Part shown: positions 9,972 to 20,897 of the stretch, piece by piece | Layout of the letters: every line of letters begins with the position of its first letter | Numbering within the stretch: the stretch's first letter is position 1 | Origin: a virus | Lineage: Duplodnaviria > Caudoviricetes | Virus record (IMG/VR): IMGVR_UViG_3300033148_003082 | Span: 1 to 60,193 of that record | Length of the DNA stretch: 60,193 nucleotides | Strand: one strand, 5' to 3' | Translations under genes and position numbers: made by a program | The notes under the pieces: model-generated | What the model saw: the letters and a program-made list of their open reading frames with translations, nothing else | The model's database searches: none | What the model was told of the DNA's origin: nothing

Positions 9972-10910
9972 ATGACTCAGATTTCACAATTTTGGGGCGG
10001 AAACAGTATTGGAGATGCTGCAACTTTAGCTCCCTACGATGCTGATGAATTTTCGGAAATTTTTGAGTTTCTTCTCATGTACGATAGAGAAGAAGAAGGT
10101 GTAATTCCGACATATAACACAAGCTATGACGATCATTTAGAAGTTACAAATCCTTCTGGATTAACTATTCGAGCAACTCCAGGAATAGCCCTAGTAGATG
10201 GCGTTTTGTATAAAAACACGGCTAACGAGGAAGAAGATATACCCTCTGATACAACCTGGACTCTTGTAAAACTAAAAAAGGATTGGGCAGCACAGACTGT
10301 CAGAATCGTATTTGTAGAAAACTTTGGGAGCGAGGCTAACGCGCTTGCTTCTCTTACCCAAACAGAAGATACCGTTTGGGAAATACCGCTTGCTACGGTG
10401 CAGGGGGACGGCGCAGGAGGCGTTAACGTTATTAATGACCAGCGACAATATGTAATGCGTCCTTTGAAAGAGAAAATCCTTGTGCGCCCAATGGGTGGCT
10501 CCGCTGGTGATGGTGGGGTTGAATTGCCCGATTCTGTAGACACAACTGCTCGCGGTGTTTGGTTTGTTCCTCAAAATTTTCATAGTGGATTAACCATTAC
10601 TGGAATTTTCCGAGGCGATGGATCTACAGATAATATTCGTTATGAAAACATGGCAAGCTTTGCTGCCTGTGACGAATATATGGATAATAATCCTCCCGGT
10701 CAAACAAGTGGGGAAACTGTATATGCACTAGATGCTGGACAAGCCGACGATTTAGGATATGTAAATTGTGTTGGAGAAATTAATCTTTCTCCAGAACAAA
10801 ATGATTTTATTTATCTTGAATTTACTAGGCATGGAACAGATGGAGCAGATATAGCCGCAGAACATATTTATTTCTGGGGTTGGCTAATTGAATACAAAGC
10901 AAGATTTTAG
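9972..10910 (+). CDS. Minor tail / baseplate protein
   Basis: PGIALVDG and WEIPLATV motifs typical of siphovirus upper-baseplate proteins; position. Confidence 0.65.
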   Translation: MTQISQFWGGNSIGDAATLAPYDADEFSEIFEFLLMYDREEEGVIPTYNTSYDDHLEVTNPSGLTIRATPGIALVDGVLYKNTANEEEDIPSDTTWTLVKLKKDWAAQTVRIVFVENFGSEANALASLTQTEDTVWEIPLATVQGDGAGGVNVINDQRQYVMRPLKEKILVRPMGGSAGDGGVELPDSVDTTARGVWFVPQNFHSGLTITGIFRGDGSTDNIRYENMASFAACDEYMDNNPPGQTSGETVYALDAGQADDLGYVNCVGEINLSPEQNDFIYLEFTRHGTDGADIAAEHIYFWGWLIEYKARF

Positions 10911-10920
10911 GCGGTGAGAT

Positions 10921-11925
10921 ATGAGTTTTAATCCTATGTTTGGAGCTGGATACGAGGCGGGTGGGCAGGAGTTAATATTAGATTCTGCCAAAGTTGGTGG
11001 TTTTCCGGAAAGAACAACTATCTCTGCTAGTAATCCTCACACTGGATCGTATAGTGTGAAGTTTGGAGACGATTCTGGATGGATAACATCAATATCTGGT
11101 ACACAGGGTGAGATATACGTTGGCTTTTGGGTCGATCCAGCAACAAGTTACGATTGGGATTTAAACAAAAGCATGAAAATAGGCTTTGTTCTAAACAGCG
11201 GAAGCCGTTTTGAAGTAACCTATAATATTGATACATCCACACTGGACTTAATAGATGGTAGCGCAGAAGCAGGCACAATTATTTGGGATGAAGGAAATTA
11301 CAATAACGTCCAGATACATTTTGTGGTTGGCGCAGCCGGATCTATTACTACCAAAATAAACGGAATGACAGACATTGAATATATTGGTGATACCAGATTA
11401 GGTGGGGGATCATATATAACTGGATTACGCTTTTATCACGAAGGGCCAAATAACAACCATTATGATTACGTGGACGATTTAGTCATAGGTGATGATGGGT
11501 GGCCTGGCGATATTCAATTTGAACGCCTGTTAGCTGTTGGCGACACCCCTACAGAGGATTGGGATTTGTCTGCCGGAGCTGATAGTTACGCATTGGTAGA
11601 CGAAGTGCCCCCGGATGATGCGGATTATATTTATTCCGTATCTAACGGCGAACAGACGATTGTTGAGTTGGATAGTTGGGACGCAACTGAAAAAACGCCT
11701 GAATTTGTTGTAATTTGGGTAAGAGCTAAAAAAGATGTTGCTGACGCACACAAAGTAAAGCTCATTAATGACGATGGTGTAAATACAGAGGTAGGTGATG
11801 CTCAAGCTTTGCTTCCCACTTACAGCTATGTGCACGAATTGTTAATATCTGCTCCCGATGGTTTTCAATGGAACGACGCGAAAGTTGACACGTTGAATCT
11901 AGGCGTTGAGAGCGTGGTGGTGTAA
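10921..11925 (+). CDS. Minor tail protein, lectin/jelly-roll-like
   Basis: Beta-rich and acidic; HTGSYS and YVDDLVI motifs; tail module. Confidence 0.55.
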   Translation: MSFNPMFGAGYEAGGQELILDSAKVGGFPERTTISASNPHTGSYSVKFGDDSGWITSISGTQGEIYVGFWVDPATSYDWDLNKSMKIGFVLNSGSRFEVTYNIDTSTLDLIDGSAEAGTIIWDEGNYNNVQIHFVVGAAGSITTKINGMTDIEYIGDTRLGGGSYITGLRFYHEGPNNNHYDYVDDLVIGDDGWPGDIQFERLLAVGDTPTEDWDLSAGADSYALVDEVPPDDADYIYSVSNGEQTIVELDSWDATEKTPEFVVIWVRAKKDVADAHKVKLINDDGVNTEVGDAQALLPTYSYVHELLISAPDGFQWNDAKVDTLNLGVESVVV

Positions 11926-11928
11926 TCT

Positions 11929-13218
11929 ATGGCAGAGGTTCGCAGTAGTCAAGTTGTTGGAGAAGTTGCCTTCGTACCTGATGGTGGCCCAGTAGTATCT
12001 CAAGTTATTGGAGAGGTTGCCTGGATAGCTGGTGAACCAGAAGACGAGGACATTTCTGTTGCAGCGATAGAAACAGGAATGTTAATAGGACAATATTCTG
12101 TTTGGGTAACAGATCAGGAAGGTAATAATGTTGCCATGTTTGACGCTTGGCGAAGCCTCAATATTAATAGAAACTTGAATTCTCCCGATTCTATAAAGTT
12201 AGTTCTTGACGGCGACGATCCCAGAACAAACCTTTTTGAGATTGACGGACAGGTAAGAATCTTTAGAAAAAATCCCTTTGTTGAACTTGACGATTATATT
12301 GAAACAGAAGGATTTGTTCGCGGTTGGATGCGACAGAGTTTTGAAAATAATAATAAACAATTTACTGTTTATATTAGAGGGTGGGAGGATTTTCTATCAC
12401 GAAGAATTATTGCTTATAATGCAGGAACGGTTGGATCGCAAAAAGACGATGCTACTGAAACCGTGATGAAGGAATATGTTGACGAAAACCTTGGTTCTAG
12501 CGCCACTATCGCAAATGGACGATTGAGAGATGGTGTTATTTCAGACTTATCTATAGAAGTTGATGGAGGCGGTGGTCCCAATTGGAGCGGATCAAGAGCA
12601 TACAGAAATATTTTAGAGGTGCTAATTGAAATATCTAATGCTACAGGAATTGATTTTAGAATAGAACGATTGACTAATACTTCTTGGGAGTTCCAAGTAG
12701 GAGAAATAGGATTGGATAGATCGGCTGTTGGCATTGATCCTACTACTGGGTTGAATGGATCTGGGAATTCCCCAGTAGTATTTAGCGAAAACATGGGAAC
12801 CATAAGTGAAATAAGTTATTCTTTGCGGAGATTAGACGAGGCGAATGTTGTTTTTGCGCTTGGGCAAGGAGAAGAATCTCTTAGAACTGTTGTTGTTCAA
12901 TCAAATGACGCGGCCGCAGATGATTCTCCATATAACGATAGAGAAATTTCAAGAAATGGGTCTGCGCAAGAATACGAATATGAACTGCGAAGATTTGCGG
13001 ATGAATGGCTTGAGAAGCTAGGACCTAACGAAGAGTTCAAATTTGATCCGCGCCAGACAAAATCCCTGTTTTATGGAAAACATTACCAAGTCGGCGATAC
13101 AGTTACTGCCAAATTTGGGGATATAGTTAGAGACAAAAGAATTATTGGGGCTGATATTACAGTTACGCACAGCGATGTAGAAGGAATCACTCTTACTTTC
13201 CAGGATATAACCCGATGA
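11929..13218 (+). CDS. Tail hub protein (ReqiPepy6 Gp37-like / Tal)
   Basis: LSRRII, NVVFALGQGEES and YGKHYQVGDTVT motifs. Confidence 0.8.
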   Translation: MAEVRSSQVVGEVAFVPDGGPVVSQVIGEVAWIAGEPEDEDISVAAIETGMLIGQYSVWVTDQEGNNVAMFDAWRSLNINRNLNSPDSIKLVLDGDDPRTNLFEIDGQVRIFRKNPFVELDDYIETEGFVRGWMRQSFENNNKQFTVYIRGWEDFLSRRIIAYNAGTVGSQKDDATETVMKEYVDENLGSSATIANGRLRDGVISDLSIEVDGGGGPNWSGSRAYRNILEVLIEISNATGIDFRIERLTNTSWEFQVGEIGLDRSAVGIDPTTGLNGSGNSPVVFSENMGTISEISYSLRRLDEANVVFALGQGEESLRTVVVQSNDAAADDSPYNDREISRNGSAQEYEYELRRFADEWLEKLGPNEEFKFDPRQTKSLFYGKHYQVGDTVTAKFGDIVRDKRIIGADITVTHSDVEGITLTFQDITR

Positions 13219-15233
13219 GCATTAGACAAGATAACATTGGCCAAGCTATAACAGACATAGCCAAATCAATAAGAAGACTGTCGGAACGCGTTCGCACTTT
13301 AGAGACGAATGAATATTCCTCTACTGGAGGCGGAGGGGGAATTGACCACGGTGTATTGCTAGGACTGGGCGATGACGATCATTTACAGTACGCTATGCTG
13401 AATGGCGTTAGGGCTTTTGAGAATAATGGCTTGCTTATTGAAGACATTGACGCAAGTCACAATTTGCGTATTTCTACAGGTTCTGATCTTACCGCTGACA
13501 GAGAATTATCTATAAATACCGGGGATGCCGACAGGACAATTACGTTAAGTGGGAACCCAACGCTGAATGACTGGTTTGACCAAAGCGTGAAACAAGCCAG
13601 CAGCCCTTCGTTTACCGGAATAACCGATCTTTCTACCAGCGTAACCAACGTAGCCGCTGGAACTGTTGGGCAGCGACCTGCTGGAACTGTTGGCGACATT
13701 AGATACAACAGCACAATTGGCACTTTTGAAATTTATATAGGATCTTGGGTAAACGTATTAGATAGTGGCGATTTGGGCGTTAGCGTTCAGGCTCATGATG
13801 CGGGGCTTGACGACATCGCTGCACTTGCTGTTACTAATAGCAACTTTATTGTTGGAGACGGTGCTAATTGGATAGCGGAAAGCGGGAACACTGCACGAAC
13901 TTCTCTTGGGCTTGGAACTGGGGACAGCCCTACTTTCACAGGATTAACTCTCAGTTACTCCCCAACAAATATATCGGACACGAATGTTTCTTCAATTACT
14001 CTAAGTTCCACTGTAACTATATCGGACGCTTATACCAATCGTGGCTCTCGTGTGTTAGCTCATCCAGTAATAGCGGTTGGTGTCGATAACACCGGTTATA
14101 TAATAGGTGGAGAATTGTCAGCTTATGGACGGGTTGATGATTTCGAAGGCGACTTAAGCAATATTATAGGAATGAGAAACCAGGCTGGATTAGCTGGTGG
14201 AACAGGCACGATAGATAATGCTTACGGCGCATGGATTCGCATGTTGCAAACAAGCGGAACTATTACAAATTCTTACGGACTTTATATTTCTGAACCCTCA
14301 ACGGGGGGAACGGTAACAAATGAATGGGGTGTATATGTAGCAGACGACGCTCCCAATCACTTTGCTGGTACAGTATTTATTGCGGAATCGTCAAATGCTA
14401 AAATGACCAAAGGTTTGACTATTAAGAATGATGACACCAGCGAGGCGATTGCTCTAAAATATGCTGGGCTAACTCACGGCGTAACAGACCATGCGGAAAC
14501 AGATACTTACTTTAATGTCTATCGTCTGAGTGCGGGTGACGGCGGGGCGTTTATTAGGGGATACTCTGAAGCAACTATGGGATTATTCTTAGCTGGAGTT
14601 GCCACCAATGACAACACAGTTAAAACTTCTGCTGCGGTTGCTCCGTTTGTATTCTCCGGACGCAAGAAATCGGGGACAGGGTATGGAGCTCTTGGAGCAA
14701 ATGGAAACCTTTGCGTATTTAGAAATTACACGACCACGGTTGCCATTATTGATGGTGAAGGCGATACATGGTTTTTGGGTAATACGCATACTCTTGGTAA
14801 CGGGACGGCCCAAGACATAAGCCTGGTTTTTGATGACGGAACAGACAGAAAAATATACTGGGATGATAGCGAGGGCAAAATAAGAACAGACCAAGGACTT
14901 GTTGTTGACAAAGCAATATCTTCCGCAACAAAAACAATAACAGCATCAGCAGATGATACAGATGTGTCAGGAGTGAATACATTATTTATCAATGCGAATG
15001 GCGGGAATATTGTTGTGGGTGGACTGACGGGCGGAGTAGAGGGACAGGTATTATACGTTTCTATAATAGACCATACTGGCGATGTAACACTAGAGCATCT
15101 TGAAGGAATTGGTGGAACACAGCAATTATATATGCACGATAGCTCAGATGAAACATTAGACAACTATGGTGGATGGACGCTAATTTGCGATGGGTCGGAT
15201 TGGCACGATTGTAGTCACGCAAAGCACGTTTAG
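13215..15233 (+). CDS. Tail fiber / receptor-binding protein
   Basis: 672 aa, Gly/Thr-rich mosaic; N-terminal coiled coil, DHGVLLGLGDDDHLQY and ARTSLGLGT fiber motifs. Confidence 0.78.
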   Translation: MSIRQDNIGQAITDIAKSIRRLSERVRTLETNEYSSTGGGGGIDHGVLLGLGDDDHLQYAMLNGVRAFENNGLLIEDIDASHNLRISTGSDLTADRELSINTGDADRTITLSGNPTLNDWFDQSVKQASSPSFTGITDLSTSVTNVAAGTVGQRPAGTVGDIRYNSTIGTFEIYIGSWVNVLDSGDLGVSVQAHDAGLDDIAALAVTNSNFIVGDGANWIAESGNTARTSLGLGTGDSPTFTGLTLSYSPTNISDTNVSSITLSSTVTISDAYTNRGSRVLAHPVIAVGVDNTGYIIGGELSAYGRVDDFEGDLSNIIGMRNQAGLAGGTGTIDNAYGAWIRMLQTSGTITNSYGLYISEPSTGGTVTNEWGVYVADDAPNHFAGTVFIAESSNAKMTKGLTIKNDDTSEAIALKYAGLTHGVTDHAETDTYFNVYRLSAGDGGAFIRGYSEATMGLFLAGVATNDNTVKTSAAVAPFVFSGRKKSGTGYGALGANGNLCVFRNYTTTVAIIDGEGDTWFLGNTHTLGNGTAQDISLVFDDGTDRKIYWDDSEGKIRTDQGLVVDKAISSATKTITASADDTDVSGVNTLFINANGGNIVVGGLTGGVEGQVLYVSIIDHTGDVTLEHLEGIGGTQQLYMHDSSDETLDNYGGWTLICDGSDWHDCSHAKHV

Positions 15234-15277
15234 CTATAGTGTGGTACAATATGTGTAATACAAGAAAAGGAGATATT

Positions 15278-15718
15278 ATGGCTACAAAATTGAATTTGAA
15301 GGCAAGAGAAGCTGATTCTACTGTTTCATTACCGGGAAAAGCTATTAAAGAAATCGTTGTATCTGGCGACAAAGAAGCTCTTTGGAACTCTGTAAAGAAT
15401 ATTGCTGAATTAGATTTTAGTGAACACGTTCACGACAAACAATGGATGGTGATGATTGCCAGATGGCAACCGCAAAAAGGCGTTTCGTTAAAAAATCAAT
15501 ACAGAGCAATGAAGCTTATAGATCGACTTGACGATATTGACGATTCAGAAAATGTAGAATTTGAAATAAGCGACAAGGATAAAGAATTCATTATAGATCA
15601 ATTGCGAAACGACGAGTTTAAACCAAGCAATATGCCTATTCAGTTCATTAGGTTTATTTTTGACTTAGAGGATCAATTAGATCATCATATCATTTCTCCT
15701 GAAAAAGATATTGAATAA
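15278..15718 (+). CDS. Hypothetical protein (possible fiber chaperone)
   Basis: AGGAG RBS before ATG 15278; follows the fiber gene. Confidence 0.55.
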   Translation: MATKLNLKAREADSTVSLPGKAIKEIVVSGDKEALWNSVKNIAELDFSEHVHDKQWMVMIARWQPQKGVSLKNQYRAMKLIDRLDDIDDSENVEFEISDKDKEFIIDQLRNDEFKPSNMPIQFIRFIFDLEDQLDHHIISPEKDIE

Positions 15719-15822
15719 TACAGTTGTGTTGTCAATGATTGCCACTACTTCTGAAACATGTTTGCAAATATGTTTTATTGGTGGTAAAATGCTTACAATA
15801 GCAAATTAATGCAAAGTAGCTT

Positions 15823-16278
15823 ATGGGTGACATGTGTGATTCTAGAGAAAAGATAATTGAGGATCATCAAATATTGCAAGAAGTACAAGATCGTATCGAT
15901 GTCAAAAAAGCAAAATCGAACGGTGATGACTTGCGAGATGATATCTTACTTTTGCGACTTGGCACAGACTCTTTTATTCATAGTGTTCAGTCAAAACAAA
16001 ATTCTCAAGAAACGGTTGATCTGTTTAAAAAATTCCCCTCTCTTGTATACATGGTCGCTAACATGCCGTTGGTTATTTTGCCATTGTTTCTTGTTATAAT
16101 TATTATTGTTATGCGGCTTTCAGATCCGGTTGAAATAGTTAACTTGTTGAGTTTACTAAAAATGGAGGCTACAGTTGAAACAGTAAAACAAAGTTCACTA
16201 ACTGTTATATTATTTTTATCAGGTTTATCAGGCTTAGCCCTGATTGACCACAACAAAAAAAAGGAGCAAGAAAAATGA
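15823..16278 (+). CDS. Membrane protein (holin/antiholin candidate)
   Basis: Two hydrophobic segments; adjacent to the holin-like gene. Confidence 0.5.
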   Translation: MGDMCDSREKIIEDHQILQEVQDRIDVKKAKSNGDDLRDDILLLRLGTDSFIHSVQSKQNSQETVDLFKKFPSLVYMVANMPLVILPLFLVIIIIVMRLSDPVEIVNLLSLLKMEATVETVKQSSLTVILFLSGLSGLALIDHNKKKEQEK

Positions 16279-16589
16279 GCGAGACACTATTTTTAGTTTT
16301 CCTCTTGGCTTTCGCTATTGAGGGATTTGTGGAATATGCTTTAGGATCGTGGGTAGATGATACCCGTTTTGCCAAATACAACATCATTCTTGGCTATCTA
16401 GCCATGGTGATTGGTGTTGGGCTTTCGTTCTATTACAGTTTAGACCTTTTAGTTGCTTTATCCGAACTTATCTTTGACGCCCCTGTGGTAGAGGCTTCGC
16501 CTGTCGGATTTGCAATCACGGGCATTGTAATGGGTCGAGGATCCGAATACTTACATAAGTTTGTTTCCAGGTTTTTAGATAAAACCTAA
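16275..16589 (+). CDS. Putative holin
   Basis: 104 aa, three TM segments, AIEGFVEY...ITGIVMGRGSEYLHKF pattern of phage holins. Confidence 0.65.
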   Translation: MSETLFLVFLLAFAIEGFVEYALGSWVDDTRFAKYNIILGYLAMVIGVGLSFYYSLDLLVALSELIFDAPVVEASPVGFAITGIVMGRGSEYLHKFVSRFLDKT

Positions 16590-16633
16590 TTCTGGGAAAA
16601 ATCTTTGAATTCCAAACAATGAATCTAATTCAT

Positions 16634-16661
16634 AACACCGTAGACTTTTGTTTACGGTGTT
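16634..16661. terminator. Stem-loop after the late operon
   Basis: AACACCGTAGAC-TTTT-GTTTACGGTGTT, a 12-bp stem with one G-U pair. Confidence 0.45.
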
Positions 16662-16680
16662 TCCACGGGGAGGCATTGAG

Positions 16681-18030
16681 ATGAGCAAAGAATTTCACAA
16701 AGTTGTCCTTGATGATTTTGACATTCACGTTGATGAACTATCTGGACTTGCGCAGAAATTATGCCTTGATCTTTATGGAGCAGCGGTTTCTAAAAGAACT
16801 GCCGAAGGCATTATGTCTGGTGCTAGAAAACATATTCAGAAGAAAAAAGAACTACTTCAAGCTGAGGGGGATTTAGAATTTGTAGAAGAAAAATACACTT
16901 TTGCTGAAAGTGGATCAAAAACAATTGAAAAGATTATTCAACTGTCAGGTTCAGAAATGCAGAATCCCGCTATTATCATGCGGAAAATGGGATTAGATCC
17001 TATTCAGTGGGCTTTGAAATCTTCAAAAATGTATCGCAAAGCTTATCAAACTCCTATGAAATTACACGTAGGATATGATGAGGACGGAAACAGGCTTCCT
17101 GAAAAACCACACAAAGAAACCAGCTATTCCTATAATTGCGAAATTACAGTTGAGCCTATTCAGTCTATGCTTAGAACTCAAGACATTCTAGAGGCTATTA
17201 AAGGACTAACTGCAAAAGCTCCTAAAAGAAACTACAAAAAGATTGAAACAGGAAAAATGCTGGAACTTCCAATTATGGACGATCATTGGGGTTTATACGC
17301 GTGGAAAGGCGAAACTGGTGATGCTGATTGGAACTTAGAAATCGCAGAAAGGGTACACAGAGAAGTTATTGAAAACATCATTCACAAAGCCGATAAAAAA
17401 TATGATTTGGTTTATTTTCCAGTGGGGCAAGACACTTTCCATATAGATACGGTTCACAACACAACAACGGCAGGAACGCCCATGGACACTGCTGGACGGT
17501 GGCCAGAAATTTACTCAACTGCGCTGCAAGCGAAAATATGGGCCATTGAACAATTAAGGCGCCTTGGACCCGTAACAGTTTTTCATGTTCCTGGAAATCA
17601 CGATGAGATGCTTTCTTATGCCGCGGTTCAATCAATTGCTCATTATTATCGCAATTGTGACGACGTTACTGTTCCCGGCACGCCTTTCCCTAATCCGCAG
17701 CCAAGAAAATATATCAGATACGGAGTAAACCATATAGGATTTAGTCACGCTAGAAAAGAAAACAAGAAAAATCTTGAAGGCATAATGCAAATAGAGGATA
17801 AAGAGAATTGGGGAAAAACAGTGTTTCACGAAATGCATCTTGGTGACCTGCACCATGAAAGAACGTGGGAAACTAACGGAATTATCTTTCGTCGCATATC
17901 GTCTATCTCTCCCTCTAGTTCGTGGGAAAGCGGCAAAGCCTATAAAGGTTCTGTTAGAAAAGCCTTAGCCTATGAATGGAATAAGGAAACGGGACTTGAT
18001 AGAATTATTGTTGGAAGTGTTGTTTTATGA
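16681..18030 (+). CDS. Calcineurin-like metallophosphoesterase with N-terminal extension
   Basis: DxH (MDDHWG), GQDTFH, PGNHD and GDLHHE motifs; GGAGG RBS before ATG 16681. Confidence 0.8.
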   Translation: MSKEFHKVVLDDFDIHVDELSGLAQKLCLDLYGAAVSKRTAEGIMSGARKHIQKKKELLQAEGDLEFVEEKYTFAESGSKTIEKIIQLSGSEMQNPAIIMRKMGLDPIQWALKSSKMYRKAYQTPMKLHVGYDEDGNRLPEKPHKETSYSYNCEITVEPIQSMLRTQDILEAIKGLTAKAPKRNYKKIETGKMLELPIMDDHWGLYAWKGETGDADWNLEIAERVHREVIENIIHKADKKYDLVYFPVGQDTFHIDTVHNTTTAGTPMDTAGRWPEIYSTALQAKIWAIEQLRRLGPVTVFHVPGNHDEMLSYAAVQSIAHYYRNCDDVTVPGTPFPNPQPRKYIRYGVNHIGFSHARKENKKNLEGIMQIEDKENWGKTVFHEMHLGDLHHERTWETNGIIFRRISSISPSSSWESGKAYKGSVRKALAYEWNKETGLDRIIVGSVVL

Positions 18031-18392
18031 AATTGATACAAAAGTTTGTAATTCTGGGGGAATTTATCACCTTGAATGAATACATCGACAGGGAGCGATC
18101 TAACAAATACGCCGCCGCTTCTATTAAAGAGGAAGAAACAGAAAGAGTGCAGTGGGAAATGAAACAATACAAACCGCTGCCTCTTGTTCCTTTATTTTTT
18201 GAATTTCACTGGTATAGAAAAAATAGAAGAACCGATCCCGGAAATATCGGATTTAGCATAAAGTTCATTATGGACGGAATGGTAAAAGAGGGAATATTAG
18301 AAAACGATGGATGGAAACAAATAAAGGGGTTTTCTCATCACTTTTACGTTGACAAAGAAAACCCCAGGGTTGAATTTGTAGCAAAGGAATAG
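18027..18392 (+). CDS. rusA: RusA-like Holliday junction resolvase
   Basis: TLNEYI...RRTDPGNI...KFIMDG...LENDGW...NPRVE pattern. Confidence 0.75.
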   Translation: MKLIQKFVILGEFITLNEYIDRERSNKYAAASIKEEETERVQWEMKQYKPLPLVPLFFEFHWYRKNRRTDPGNIGFSIKFIMDGMVKEGILENDGWKQIKGFSHHFYVDKENPRVEFVAKE

Positions 18393-19646
18393 CTATTTAA
18401 ACCATCCATTAATAATATCCCAAAGACTTTTGTTGGTTTCGCCTGTCCCCCCGTTGCTTGGAAGATTATCTATCTGTTTTTGTAAATCCTTAATCGCTTC
18501 ATCGGCAAGGACCTGTGCTTTTAATGACTCTTTTCTGTTTTTCTCAATAACTGCCATTCTGTTATTCATTACCTGATTGTCGTCACCAAGAACCCTCACT
18601 GCCATTTCTAACTTTGCAGTATTCTCATTAATCTTTTCAATCGTTGAGTTGATTAGCCCGATAGTCTTGTTATGCTCTCTTGTGTGCATTATTTCTCGCT
18701 CTGATAGGAGATTCAAGTCGTTCTTTAGATTCTTGATAGCAAGCCCGTCTGCTATGGACTGTTCAAGCAGTTTCTCAATCTTGCCGGCGTTGGCTTCTAT
18801 ACGTTGAATGTGTGCGTCTATCAACCCCTCGTTTATTGACACTCTGTTCCCTAACTCCTCACAACAGTCCGCGGGAGGCGGGGGAACAGGCTCTTCTGAT
18901 AAAAACTCAATATCCCTAACAGTTTTCCAAAAGCCACCAGCTCTCGTTGCAGCCCATTCCCAGAAGTTTATTCCAGGCAAGCCTTGTGCCTTTGCTTCGC
19001 CTGCGAACTCTTTTATCTCTTCATTTGTGGGCGACCATCCATGTTCTTTGAAAGCGGAACCCGTAGGTAGAATTGGTAGGTCAGTAATCTTTGCATACTG
19101 CCTCAGGCACTCTCTGAGCTGTTCAGCCGGATTGTGTGCCTGCATCCAGTACACCTGCGGCATCGCTAAGTCGTCAAGCGGGTCTAGCCAACCAAGGAAC
19201 GTTTTCCAAGGGAACTTTGGATGGACTTCTGGGTAGCGATAAGATGATAATGCCCACGGTAATCCAGGTTCCAGGTTGTGCATATAAGTGTTAATAACAG
19301 CATCATTATTAACAATATCCCTTATCTCTTGTTCAGCATTAATGACAAATCCGACAACACCTGTTTCTTCAATGCGCCTGTTAGCTGTTTTTGCTTCACC
19401 TACAGGATCTTGCCCATAAATATACTGATATCCCCATGGTTCAATTCCAACGGCTTTCAATTCGTCCGCTAACGCCTTAGCCATGTCGCCATCTTCTTGC
19501 GTGAAATTATATCCAACCGTACCATCTGCAATCTTTGTTACGACATGTGTAAATCCGGCGTTAACACACATTGTAACTATATCAGCAAAGTTTCCCCCCT
19601 CGCAATTTTTAATTTTCCAAACCCAGACGCCCTTGCCCGTCAACAT
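18393..19646 (-). CDS. Putative endolysin (TIM-barrel glycoside hydrolase) with coiled-coil C-terminus
   Basis: GKGVWVWKI, HVVTKIADG, WGYQYIYG, INAE, MPQVYW and GINFWEW motifs; Pro-rich linker; GGAGG RBS. Confidence 0.7.
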   Translation of the reverse strand: MLTGKGVWVWKIKNCEGGNFADIVTMCVNAGFTHVVTKIADGTVGYNFTQEDGDMAKALADELKAVGIEPWGYQYIYGQDPVGEAKTANRRIEETGVVGFVINAEQEIRDIVNNDAVINTYMHNLEPGLPWALSSYRYPEVHPKFPWKTFLGWLDPLDDLAMPQVYWMQAHNPAEQLRECLRQYAKITDLPILPTGSAFKEHGWSPTNEEIKEFAGEAKAQGLPGINFWEWAATRAGGFWKTVRDIEFLSEEPVPPPPADCCEELGNRVSINEGLIDAHIQRIEANAGKIEKLLEQSIADGLAIKNLKNDLNLLSEREIMHTREHNKTIGLINSTIEKINENTAKLEMAVRVLGDDNQVMNNRMAVIEKNRKESLKAQVLADEAIKDLQKQIDNLPSNGGTGETNKSLWDIINGWFK

Positions 19647-19654
19647 AACTCCTC

Positions 19655-20329
19655 CTAAATATGATTCCACGTTTTCCTGGTTACTATAACACCTATATTG
19701 GCTCGCACAACTAAAAACATTTTTCCCAGCAACTCTTGTGTAAACTTACCCGTTAAGTATAACCTTCTGATTTCTAACACGTCAGCCTCTTGCAGTTTAG
19801 CCCCATGATGTTTTTCTCCGGCAAGTCTGCCTTTATGCGCTCTTGCCATTTTTTGTTTGGTCGCCACTGAAACATGCCTACCCGAATTTGCTGCACCGAT
19901 TTTCCTTTTCGTTTCTTCTGAAAGGATTTTTCCTCTACTCGCATCTCCTATTTTCTTTTTATGTTCTTTTGATAAGGGGATTCCTCTACTCGACACTTCC
20001 GCACATAACGCCATATTGTATCCACCACTATTGTGCGTATGTGTTTTCGCGTTGTCAAGATACCACTGCTCAGCCCCTATTATTTCTTTAGGTGTTGCGT
20101 CAGGCATATTCTTAAGAATTAGAAATACGAAATTTTCCTTGCCATGCTTATTCCAGGAATTCTGTAAGTATCTGTTGGGATGCTTGTTGTGCCATAGCAT
20201 TGACTTATGATTATTCCAGCGAACCCGAAACGATTCATTTGTAGATCCAGTATAAATCTTCTGATTCACATTATTGCGGATTAAATAAACACCTTTAGAG
20301 TTCATGCCCTTATTGTAACATGGAAGCAT
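19655..20329 (-). CDS. GIY-YIG homing endonuclease with NUMOD3 and HTH
   Basis: GVYLIRN..KIYTGST; HPNRYLQNSWNKHG; SEETKRKIG repeats. Confidence 0.88.
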   Translation of the reverse strand: MLPCYNKGMNSKGVYLIRNNVNQKIYTGSTNESFRVRWNNHKSMLWHNKHPNRYLQNSWNKHGKENFVFLILKNMPDATPKEIIGAEQWYLDNAKTHTHNSGGYNMALCAEVSSRGIPLSKEHKKKIGDASRGKILSEETKRKIGAANSGRHVSVATKQKMARAHKGRLAGEKHHGAKLQEADVLEIRRLYLTGKFTQELLGKMFLVVRANIGVIVTRKTWNHI

Positions 20330-20533
20330 TCTTTAGCGAGTTCATCACTTGTCCCTTTTTATCGTAACGTTTTCTTGCTCGATAACATTTTTCTTGTTAG
20401 TGTTTGCTTTTCGTTTCTATCCTTGTCTCGCTTTTGTCCTCTTTGAGATATACCGACAGTTGTATAAGTACTGCTGTAGTCTCGTTGTTTAATCGCATTA
20501 ATTCTTTTATTAATTCTACCATTTTTTTCTTCT

Positions 20534-20743
20534 TCATTGTTTCTCTTCGTTACACTGACATTCTAGTAGATTCTTTCCGCACTCGCCACACTCAATATCT
20601 TTTAGCTTTTGCTCAAGTGTTGCGGTGTAGTTGTCAACAAGGGAATTGAGGATTTTCATAATGCCTTCAACTTGGCGGGGTTGAAGAAACAAACTGCTTC
20701 TTGTTAACTGGTATTCAAAATTGTCTGCTTCTTTCTGTTTCAT
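20534..20743 (-). CDS. Hypothetical protein
   Basis: RBS GGAGG, operon context, CxxC motif. Confidence 0.45.
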   Translation of the reverse strand: MKQKEADNFEYQLTRSSLFLQPRQVEGIMKILNSLVDNYTATLEQKLKDIECGECGKNLLECQCNEEKQ

Positions 20744-20897
20744 TCATCCCTCCGGATCTTCCACGTACCTGATATGATACACCAATATAACACTTTCGCC
20801 CCTCGCCCCTTCGCCCACATCAGCGCTTGCGTTTCCGACATTGTAGACAAAGGTGATGTGTATGAAAATTTAGGCAGTTTCTTCAATTTAATTATCT

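Noticed and set aside
13215-15233. Diversity-generating retroelement target
   Set aside because: No reverse transcriptase or TR/VR repeat pair seen in the window.
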